A DNA stretch of 64,000 nt from Dicyema japonicum (taxonomy: Eukaryota; Animalia; Dicyemida). The position numbers and the translations under genes were made by a program. Of this stretch, positions 54,154-64,000 are shown one piece after another (the stretch's first letter is position 1; each line of letters opens with the position of its first letter). The stretch lies in the NCBI GenBank assembly GCA_011109175.1, contig RDEW01000020.1:62001-126000 (forward strand). Direction: 5' to 3'. Under the pieces are notes generated by a model. That model was not told where the DNA came from and ran no database searches. It was given only the letters and a program-made list of their open reading frames with translations.

Positions 54154-54483
54154 TTATTTTGAACGAAAGCCGTACTTTTTTTTAATAAAAGAAAATTTTT
54201 TCGAGAGAATTTTTTCGTCACTGTTATACTGAGTTTTACTCATTAAAGTCCATTTTGACTTGACTGGGTTTGGCTGATATTGCGAATAACTACGATTTAA
54301 TGATTCCCGCTTGTTATTCTGAATGTACATCTTCATACCAATTTCATTAAGACGGTAATAGTCGGGATTGAAAAACATTTTGATTCTAATTCTCTCCTCA
54401 TCTGAGAAGTCTAGGCATGAGCACTTCCCGGTCCTGTACTCGCATAGTTTTTTTGAGTAGCACTCATAAATAGTACGGTCCAT
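54154..54483 (-). CDS. Hypothetical ORF (possible last exon of a host gene)
   Basis: 109-aa ATG ORF with a Cys cluster and a basic tail; no family recognised. Confidence 0.3.
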   Translation of the reverse strand: MDRTIYECYSKKLCEYRTGKCSCLDFSDEERIRIKMFFNPDYYRLNEIGMKMYIQNNKRESLNRSYSQYQPNPVKSKWTLMSKTQYNSDEKILSKKFSFIKKKYGFRSK

Positions 54484-54959
54484 TCAGTGTTATTTACGCG
54501 GATTCGCGGTATTCTCACTTACAAAGGAATCGTGTTCTTGCGGGTATTTGATTGCTTCACATTAAGCTATGACTTTTCAGTAATAGGATATACGCTTTTT
54601 TGAACTTCAGACAATATTAAGTTCAAATTGTCTGAAAATGAATACCCACGTGGACGTATTTCTCGATTGGGTGAAGAGTCGGGGATGGGGTCACTTACCA
54701 TTACTTATTTTTCTTGATGGTCTTTTTGTTGCTGACATCGATGAAACAAAGGGACTTGGTCCATGTGGATAATCCGACTTCCTTGTGTGGATGCACGATG
54801 GGGTCACTTAATTAGCTGTCATTACATACTTTGGTGGTCTTTTTGTTAGTAAATGGATAAAACGTGGAACTCTTCTTAGTAGAAAATTCTTCCTTGCCTG
54901 GTATTGTGCTTAATTGGCTTATAATCACTCAATTTTTTACGATCATCGCTGAAACCTTA

Positions 54960-56904
54960 TATGCCACGGTGCACTGGATGTCACCTCAGTCGGGCGGATC
55001 TGATGACGCCAGATCCTGAGTGAGTTACCGTCATTGTAAGATTGGAGAGGGAGAGGCCATCGACGCGGGTGTTGTTTCAGGTGAGGTATCTACGGCTTCC
55101 CATTTGAAGAGAGTTGTCAGGTCTTTTGTACAAACAATTTATTAAGGCAGACTTAGCAGAAATCTCGGGGATTCTCAATCTGTTTTTTGATAGCAAAAAA
55201 GAAGTGACAGCCACAATGAACGGTTGATTGAGAGCTCCTACAATCTCACTTATCGTTTGTACCAAAATCTGTGTTGAGTACATGACATTGGCATGGAGAA
55301 TGTGAGGTCATATTATTAAAATCTTAAACATAGAAGTCATTAGAAAAGTTTATCTAAATTAGGGAACCACAATATAAGGAAAGGAGGTCTATGGACTCAT
55401 ATGATGTCAATTTTCCCAGCAATGAGCGATTTCACTATCTAATGATTAAGAAACACTGAATAAGTCGAACTCATCAGATCCCCGAGAATAAAGATGTAGA
55501 AGAAAACCAGAATTTTATTTTCTACAAGTTAATAATCTTGTTTTATGACATGACAAAGAGAAAGTCAATACATCAGAGGTTGGTTCAACAATTCGATCCT
55601 CGTCTATCGGGAAATGAATAACTCGTCGTTTTGGCATCAGACAACATCTTCGTTTATTAGCTGAAACTCCTGGGACCATCTGCAACGGAAGTATAACTCG
55701 AATATCGATACACGAAAATAACGAAATCCTTGATAAAACAAGCCACCTAACTTTCAATCCTCATACCGTCTGGTCTTCATCATCTGTTGGTTGTCAAGTG
55801 ATTCGGAAAAACGGGTCTTTCAAAAGATATGTCTTACAATTGCTCTTCCATTTTCAACATGGTTTCCATGCGTGGTACTCAATCATAACTCACTTAACGA
55901 AACTTATTTATTTCACTTCATACAGCCTAAATAATCTCTTAATTTAGATAGTAACTCTTGTCCTCTTTCTTGTGGTTCTGGGGTTATAAATCAAATCAAT
56001 TCGCCTTGGTCGCTACAGGGGCCATATTTTTTTCTGTCCCGGCCACCTTCAATTTCTCCACCATACTGGATCATATTGATTTAGATCAAGGAGCGGACCT
56101 GGAAATTTCTTCCTTTTACTGGGTCCCCGGAGGATTGGTGCTAAGTCAAAAAGGTTAGTTAGTTACGATGATGGCTTGTGCCATGATTCTACAAATTCTT
56201 TGTCGACATGTGTCACACCTTTTATGTGCATGAACTAAACGACTGTCTAAAGAAACATTGAATACGCTAAGGATTCAGGTTAAAAATCTGTCGAGCTAAA
56301 ATCTTACATCGGGTTTTGCCAATGGTAGTCAGTCGCTACTCCCGAAGACCGTCAGAGTTTGACTCACACGCCTACAGTGTGGAACAATCTATCTCTGATG
56401 GAAGAGAAGTTAGAGATCTCTTTACTTTCCTTGGACTACAAGACTCGTGAGAAAATGGAAAATTTTTTGGAGCGACCAGTTTTAGTGACGAGTTGTCTTA
56501 TGGTTTCCAGGTTCTTACAAATTACCGATGTTGGGATTAATAATTTAAATTTACGATTAATATTCTCGAGAACAACTTTTATTACAGCCATGATGGATTT
56601 TATAGATTTTCCACAAATCCCATTTGCGTAGATCATTGTACAACAAATCCATACGGACTAGATTGTCCACTTGTGGACCAAGGATTCCTGACGTCTCAAC
56701 AGCAAATGGGACAAACAGGTGATCCTTCGAAATGCCTCGGTATTTCCTTCTCTTCTGATCCTCGGATAGCTTAGAAGCATTCCCTAGATCCGAGACTGAA
56801 ACGGCCAAATTTTTTGGAGCGTAAATTTCTGATAACCTCCATTCATGATAAAGTGGGTTTTCCTCACTCCAAATGTCAGATTTAATATCGTGGCAATAAA
56901 CCAC
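54960..56904 (-). mobile_element. Cluster of decayed CRE-like RLE fragments
   Basis: KRRKYRGISKDHLFVPFAVETSGILGP (56560-56900), RPDGMRI (about 55770), KRPD..RYLT*NNTRVDGLS (about 55050-55140). Confidence 0.6.
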
Positions 56905-57098
56905 ATAAACCCAATTACAAGTAAATTAACGATTAAATAGAAGCATCCACACACACTAAGAAACTAGATTTATATCACAGGTCAATTCTTGTATACCACG
57001 TGGTTAATTGGTGGAAAAGTTAAGGTAACTCCATTGCACGAAACGCCCACTTGGTTTCATGGTGGATAAAAGCCTTTCTTCCTTCCTATCGTAAGCAT

Positions 57099-57229
57099 GC
57101 ACGAGGCGACGGACATAACCGGAAACCATAAGTTATGAACAAAGAAAGGAAGTATCGAATGCACGAGGTGAAGACATAACCGGAAACCATAAGTTATGAA
57201 ACAAAGAAGGGAAGTATCGAAGGCACGAA
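57099..57229. repeat. 62-bp tandem repeat (about 2.1 copies) upstream of the PNPLA2-like gene
   Basis: GCACGAGG..GACATAACCGGAAACCATAAGTTATGAA.CAAAGAA.GGAAGTATCGAA at 57099 and 57161; partial third copy at 57223. Confidence 0.9.
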
Positions 57230-57525
57230 ATATCCAGACACACATCCCACCAGCCTCATATGTTGCTAACAAGTCTTTAGCGTTGTAAATCTCACTAAAA
57301 TCGACAACTAACGTAATAATGACATTTCCAAGCAAATTTATCAATTATCGATTTATGTCTATAATTAGACACAATCACATTAAATATATTTTTTATATAA
57401 ACAAAAAACCAAAATTAAAGAATTAATATTAATAATTAAATTTCATGTAAATTAATGACACACCTTTCGTGTTATCACGCCACATTAAAGCGCATTTAAG
57501 GCAATAAAACTACGTAATTGTAGAC

Positions 57526-58586
57526 ATGAGTGAAAGGGATGTGAGTATTTCTTTTGCTGGCTGTGGATTTCTTGGTCTTTACCACGTTGGCGCAGTCAGA
57601 TGTATTCAAGAAAACGCACCTAATTTGCTGGAAGGAAAATTTCTTGGCTGTTCAGTGGGAGGACTCATATCGACCTCAATAATTATTGGATGTTCTCTTG
57701 ACCGTACTTCAAATATGATCCTCGAATTCTCTTCCAATGCTCGTTCAAGATTCCTTGGACCCTTTCATCCGTTTTTCAACCCTTCAAAGATCCTCAAACG
57801 GATCATCACGGATATACTTCCCCCAAATGCCTACCAACTCTGCACAAATCGTTTGTATTTGTCTCTTACCCGTGTAACTGATGGATCTAATGTCATTGTC
57901 AGCGAATTTACCTCCAATAAAGAGCTCACTGATGCTCTGTTGTGTTCTTGCCACATTCCAATCTTCTCTGGACTGGTCCCACCAAAATTCAGAGGTGTTT
58001 TCTACGTCGATGGATTTCTTTCGAACAACCTCTTGTCTTTTGGAGACGACACAATTACAGTGTCTCCTTTTTGTGGGTCAGTGGATATTTGCCCCAAGGA
58101 TTGTTGTGAAATGCCCTTTGATTCCTTTTTGGGGACGACTCCCATGCAATTTTCCCTTTTCAACTTTTTACGTCTCATAAATGTTGTGTATCCACCCTCT
58201 TCTGTCTCGTTTGAGAACCTTGCCCGTCAAGGATACCACGATGCTCTTCGTTTCTTGACCTCTTCTCAGTCCTGCTTCAGTCCTTTGCTTAGTCCAGCTT
58301 GTCCGTGCTGTATTCACGCTCACTACACTCCACTGACCAAGGAAAAGTCTCCTATATTGCTTTACACACGTGTTCTGTCGAGCGTTGTTTTTTTGCCATT
58401 GCAATTACTACTGTCTTGCTTATGAGGTTCGTCGCTTACTGCCCTGATCTCTTTGTGGATTTGAGAATTGTTGTTGGTTCGATTCATAGAGGATCTAAAA
58501 GAAAGTTGAAGAGATCTGTGAGCAAAATGACCCCTGATGACTCGTATTTCTACTTCAAACGAGTGAGATTCATCTTAAAGACTTAA
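57526..58586 (+). CDS. PNPLA2: Patatin-like triglyceride lipase (ATGL/PNPLA2 family)
   Basis: SFAGCGFLGLYHVG glycine loop, GCSVG nucleophile, YVDG catalytic Asp. ORF 57526-58425; a C-terminal extension to 58586 in another frame is uncertain. Confidence 0.9.
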
Positions 58587-58849
58587 CTTTATATTTTTAA
58601 ATTATATTTTTATTGACATGATTAGTATGAGTTAGTGTCACAGCTTGATGACGTTCATGATCGAATATGGTTTTTCCTACATTGTAGTCATTACTCCTTT
58701 TATTAATCACTGATTTTTTATTCACTTGTTTTTTGGAATAAAAAGTTATTTTCGTGCTATTTTTGATCCATGTAGTGATAATTTAATAAATTATAATTAA
58801 GCACTACCGCGTTGTCAATAGCACGTAAGATGCCTAGGTTTCGCTCGTG

Positions 58850-59121
58850 CAGAACACACACTTTATTTAAGTAAAGAACAGTTATTATAACTAATCGTAG
58901 AGGCAAAACAAGGAATGCTCTTCACTTATTTGTTTTTTTCTTTTTCTTGTGTGTATGTCCTTTTGACTATCCAGTTCCGCAGTGAATTTCCACTGATGAC
59001 GGCGTCACTCGTCAAGCCCTTTCCGCATCGTAGATGCGTGGAACCTTCCACCAAATTAACAGCAGCGAGAATCGAACCCGTGACTTAAGCCACTTTAGCC
59101 CGACACCTAACCACTATGTCC
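58850..59121 (-). mobile_element. tRNA-derived SINE, copy A
   Basis: A box GGACATAGTGGTTAGG, B box GGTTCGATTCT (59067-59078), conserved core shared with copies B and C. Confidence 0.7.
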
Positions 59122-59224
59122 ATGTATTGAACAAACCAATTGTCCACTTTCTCTACCGGGGGACCTATCCCTGATGTCTTATCTGAGTGTTCATTTATTA
59201 TTTTTTTGCACCTTCAGAGGAGCC

Positions 59225-59510
59225 ATATCAGTTATCGCTCTCCTCAGGCAGAACACACTTTTATTTTAAGCAAAGAACAGCTAATCGATGAGGGAGAATC
59301 AAGAAAAGCTCTTCACTTCCTTGTTTTCTTTTTCTTGGGTGTATGTCCTATATAAACGATCCGGTTCCGCAGTGAAATGTTCACTGATGACGGTGTCACT
59401 CGTCAAGCCATAGCATATGATGCGTGAATCCTTCAACCGAATCTATAGTATCGGGATTCGAACTAGCGTCCTTAAGGCCTCTTTCCTGCAACCGTTACAC
59501 TCATTAATTA
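59225..59510 (-). mobile_element. tRNA-derived SINE, copy B
   Basis: A-box-like GAGTGTAACGGTT, B box AGTTCGAATCC, core GGCTTGACGAGTGACACCGTCATCAGTGAACATTTCACTGCGGAACCGG. Confidence 0.7.
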
Positions 59511-60199
59511 TTATTATTTTGTAAAACGCAATAAAAAGAAAGTTATCTCCTCGTCTCTGCAACAGCGTGGTTTACATGTTAGATTCTTCCAAGCTCTTCT
59601 TTTAAAAGCGATTTTTTTCGGAAAACGTATAGGTCGTCTGCATTTTAGAGTTTCTTATTTACAGTCACAAGATCTTCGTGAATTGCAAAAGGGGAGAGTA
59701 GCATGGAAGGTATTCACAGCTGCTCTGCAGATAAAACATTAATTTTATTTATCAATCTAGGATAAACCGAGAAATAAGTTAATTAGATGTATCAGGTTCG
59801 ACAGTTGCAGAAGAGACTTTCCGATATTACACACAAGTCCATCAGAACCAGACAAAGGGAACTAACGTCCAGTTATTGTAGTTTGGGTACCCTTCCAGTA
59901 GAGTGGGTGAGAACAAATGATCCCACTGGGAGCACGACGCCAATATTGCAAATAAGGGAAAAGAACAAACAAAAGGAAGGAAGAAAAATTTTTGATAAGT
60001 GATCAGCGATAAGATTCTAACCATAACCAGTGTTACAGGATTTTATGGGAATCGTGAGGACATTCAACCAACTTATTGAATACCTCAAAACTCACAAATG
60101 GGAAGACTCCGAGTCAGTTATTGAGAGTTGTTCAAGATACCTGTCCCCGTCGGTTTCAATCTCCCTATTTTCGGGCTGGGATCACTTGGATAGATGGGA

Positions 60200-61000
60200 A
60201 TTCTTTCTTTATTTATCCAGTGGCTCTGTTTCACTAAATAAACCCTTTTACACCACACGTGGCCTAACCATATAAAATGTAGTGCATAAAATCGTCCGAT
60301 CGTTCTAATACTACATATTCGGATTTACACTCAAACCGCATTCCAATTTGATAGCACTTCTCATAGATCTTTCGAGAAGGTTATCGATTAACGACCATCC
60401 CTAAAAATCATAGATTAGGAATAATTTAATGCTAGATATAAGTATATCAAGATGAAAGCGTATAAGGGATTTTTCTTGTCCCCATTTGTTTATAATATGA
60501 TTTTTGAAAGATACCTTCTGGCCTACATGTACTCCAAGTATTTCAGCGCCTCAGAGACCCCCTCAAAAAGAAAATGGCTTTTTCAAGGAATTCCCATTTC
60601 AGTGGAAACTCTCATTGACGCTGATTTTTTGCTAATGTTCTTGGTTGAATAAATTACATCATCAGTGTATATTAGCAATTCATGTGATCTGCTTTGGATA
60701 ATTTGTTCATCTTCGTCATCCTGACCCCGGTTTGGGAGAAAACGAATCTAGTAATAAATGTTGTCTGTTCTTTTGTCCTTGCATCCACCAAGCTCTTGAG
60801 ATAGTTTCATCCAAAAATAATGATTTTAGCCATACTTTCTGTAATATAGGATATTTGGGTAGTCTAAGGACGGAGTCTTAGTATCTTACTGAAGATTTTT
60901 CTAGAATGACTTTATTTCGAAAGACTGTAAGTGAAGACCGAAACTGACAAATACCTGATCCCAACACGTCCCAACAGAGCCCTCAACTCAATGTTCTTTC
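60200..61000 (-). mobile_element. Probable decayed Ty3/gypsy RT remnant
   Basis: TTFITRF, LLIYTDDVIYST, KSHFLFEG..LKYLE spread across frames. Confidence 0.4.
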
Positions 61001-61894
61001 ATGAATTCACACAAACTTACCATGAATTGAGTTTTCGATCACTGTAAGGGGCTACTTCCACCATATTTTCTAACAATCTTCTGCTGAGATGTTTTCCGTC
61101 GAACCAATTTTATTTTTCATGTCTTGAATGTTGGTTTGCTCACAAGAGTGACAAAAAGGAGACCTATTCACAATCCCCAATGAGAGCACGAGGACAAAGC
61201 AGAGACTCTTCAAGTAGAATAATAACTCGGTCTGTGAAAACGGTTGACGGATAAGGATTGGTCATACGTCTAAATACGAAGCGAATTTGGGAGATGAACA
61301 ATTTAGCTTACTTCCTGGGGTGGCTTGTGAATGGTTGATATGCGAAAGAGGAGAGTTAAATATGACATAACCCGGAAAACAAGGCAATGCGATCGTGGAT
61401 GGTTTTTGATCTCTTGAAGTCAAGAGTCGGATGCAATGAAGTAAGCTGGATAGTGGGGGGTGCCCACAAAAGTGTGAAATAACAATTTCATGGTAAATTT
61501 CTTGAAAACAGGATTAAGACTTCGATTTGATAAGAGAATACACTAAGGATCTGAAGGATTAAATAGACTGACTGAAAAACAGAAAGTCACAGCTAAAAAC
61601 ACAAAGAATGTGTTGAATCGAACTAATTATGTGATCCAATTCCAGGGTTTGCAAAGAGTGGAACTCTTGCTGTACTTACAGGAGTCTGTAGCTCTTATCG
61701 GTGACCATGTTATCAATCTGATTGTTCTCTGCAATGACAGATAAAACAGGTGCTGATTTTATTGATTTCGGAATGATTAAAAAAGTTCTAGGAAATTATA
61801 TAACTGTTCAAAATTAAAAAAATAATTAAATTTATTTTATAAACATTATAATTTGTATAAATTCAATACTTCGTCGTTGTTGTTGCATCTTTTC

Positions 61895-63145
61895 TATGAC
61901 TGACTTTCTTTCAGAAGCACCCAAACACCAGTATTTCACCGCCCCTATTTCTGCGTTACATATAAAAAGTATTATTAATATTATTGGCGACAGAGTGGAC
62001 TACTGATGACGCTAAGCAACTCATTCATGAAATACTTAGCATTGATGGCATATTATCGACTCCACTTGTCATTTTGGACACTTGCGTTGACTGGGAGAAA
62101 ATCGGCAGCAAGGAATATTTCACTTCACGTGGGTTTACAGCACAAGACTGTCGAGATATGATGTCCCACATGATTAGACGAGTAGTTTTAAATAAAATTT
62201 TGTAGTTTGATTCTATGAGATCCTACGACAATATTTTACGCCAAGCACGTGACAATATCACCCGGGTCGGAAACCAGTCCAATAGTGATGCTCATTCGTG
62301 TAACAATATTACTCAGAGAGGAAACCAGTCCAGTGGCGATGCTCATTCGCGTGACAATATCACCAGAGATGGAAATCGATTCAATGGTGCTCATTCTCGT
62401 GACAACATAACCCAGAAGGAAACCAATCAAATGGTGGGGCTTATTCTCCTAAAAATATCACCCGGGATGGAATCCGGTCCAATGGTGCTCATTCTCCTAA
62501 AAATATCACCGGGAAGGAATCCTGTCAATGGTGGCTTATTCTCGTGAAAAACCTCCACGTCCACGTAACCTGGTACGTTATACAGAATTTAGCCGCCTTA
62601 ACTCAGGCGCCAAAAAATGTTTAAATTTATTTATTTGTAGCGGGCTATTCTGAGACAACTTCGGAAAATGTACTTGAGAAGTTGGAGACGACTAAGTGAC
62701 GAGAAGAAGATCCCCTTTATATTGAAGTCTGCCAGACTTGGAAGACGCTATGTAAATTTATTCATTATTACTAGGGTGGGACGAGCATCTCCAGAAGGGA
62801 GAGAGACATTATTAGAAGGGCTTTTGTGGACAGGAAAATTGAGTGATTCTTATATTTATAATTAGTTGTGACTTGGCGAGGAGAATTATGTTGGAAAGCA
62901 GATTTGAGTTGCCAAAAATGCGGCCAACCACAAAGAAGAAGAAAGTAGAAACAAAAGATTCTCGAGGCGATTTCTTTTATAGTAAATATCTGACGAATTT
63001 TCCCGCAAAAAATCTCTACATTCATCTACTTAATAACATTCCCGGTTTTAAGGAATTCTTTAAGGAGACTGCTACTTCATTACATCTTGACTTATTTGAT
63101 GTTGTAAATAAGTTCAAATGGACTCAGATTCTGGTGGTTAAATAG
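61895..63145 (+). CDS. UBTF: UBF (upstream binding factor)-like protein: N-terminal dimerisation-like domain, repeat insertion, one HMG box
   Basis: WTTDDAKQLI..VDWEKIG..DCRDMM..MRSYDNILRQARDNI resembles UBF WSQEDMLTLL..MDWEKVAF..FRTLTELILDAQEHV; KPPRP..SWRRLSDEKKIPFI..RY is an HMG box; 22-25-nt introns; apparent 1-nt frameshifts. Confidence 0.6.
62246..62545 (+). repeat. Coding minisatellite, six units of 47-51 bp
   Basis: Units read RDNITRVGNQSNSDAHS / CNNITQRGNQSSGDAHS / RDNITRDGNRFNGAHS etc. Confidence 0.9.
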
Positions 63146-63306
63146 TGTCATTGTAACAATTTTTAGTATAAATTTTAAACATTTATTTAAGTAAAACGTT
63201 AGCAAACACGTAGGCTAAGATAGTTAATCTATCTGCTTCATGTGCTGATCGGCTGAATTTTCCCGCTCTTGACTTTGATAATTTATTAGAGATTGATCTA
63301 AGAATA

Positions 63307-63973
63307 TTAATTAATATTACCATAATTTTCAAGATTGCTTGAATAATCGACGAGGGAATATATATTTGGGGAGAAAATAAGATTGGCATTGGAGTGGAGT
63401 AATAGACTGAATATGAACAAATATAGTACCAGGTGAGTTTGAGGGTCCGAAGAAGTGAGAATAACACAGTCCAGGGACCATTCCGTAGTTTGCAGCTGTG
63501 TAGACCTGTAAATTATGTCGGAAACGTTAAACATTATCATTACTGTCCTCAGATTGTGAAGGTTGAGGAGAGACGGGGAATACTGGAATATAAACCTAAA
63601 AGGATTAGTCAAATCTAAGCAAGCCAAGCAATTATTACTAACAGGGAAAGCACAAGGAGGAGGTGAGTTATTTTGTAGTCTTTCATTCTGAGGTTAAGTC
63701 GTCCATTGTGGAGTAGAACATCTTTCAGTTTACTTTGGGGGTGGAAGTACCTGCACGTGGTTCGATTACAACGCTGCTAAGAATAAATTTAATAACTTCT
63801 TTTAAAAAGTCATAACAGGAAATCACAGTTCCATTTGATATCAGGACAGAATTTGTTGGATGGGCAAACATGCAGTCATCAATTGACCGGGTACATTTTC
63901 CTTGTTGGAAATCTCTACAAACTTCTACAGTCAGCCAAGAAGTATCTTTGCCTTGAAACGAATAACCAAACAT
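63307..63973 (-). CDS. MBNL: Muscleblind-like CCCH zinc-finger splicing factor (5' end may lie outside the window; 3' end uncertain)
   Basis: WLTVEVCRDFQQGKCTRSIDDCMFAHP; after a 20-nt intron, CYDFLKEQRCNRTTCRYFHP..NGRLNL. Confidence 0.9.
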
Positions 63974-64000
63974 AACCGAATGACTGCGCAAATTGTCATT

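Noticed and set aside
58975-59410. CTGATGA in the SINE core as a hammerhead ribozyme or C/D snoRNA
   Set aside because: No GAAA after stem II, no NUH cleavage triplet in the right place, and no paired D box or terminal stem.
59041-59510. tRNA genes
   Set aside because: A/B boxes are present but there is no complete cloverleaf or acceptor stem, and they are followed by a shared repeat body; better explained as SINE heads.

Overview
AT-rich (about 35% GC by eye) eukaryotic, almost certainly metazoan, genomic DNA. Host genes are split by very short GT-AG introns (mostly 20-26 nt) with little consensus beyond the terminal dinucleotides. This architecture suggests a dicyemid-like animal; that is inference, not shown by the sequence. 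Host genes reconstructed by hand: a MIER-like ELM2-SANT protein, an ELYS/AHCTF1-like nucleoporin with an unusual LEM + LRSGR tail, a TMEM121/CECR6-like protein, SERCA, eRF1, a C2H2 zinc-finger protein, a two-domain C-type lectin, a UBE2J1-like E2 lacking the catalytic Cys, a PNPLA2-like lipase, a UBF-like HMG protein with a repeat insertion, and muscleblind. Between genes lie decayed mobile elements: I/Jockey-like, RTE, R4/Dong-like and CRE-like non-LTR retrotransposons, possible gypsy remnants, a tRNA-derived SINE, one hAT and two pogo/Tigger elements. The strongest unexplained signal is the palindrome CACGTG (36 sites counted by hand, 7 of them CCACGTGG) in exons, introns, repeats and spacers. 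Several genes carry single-base frameshifts, mostly in homopolymer runs, which look like assembly errors. Exon coordinates are manual and approximate, and protein family calls come from recalled motifs, not database searches.
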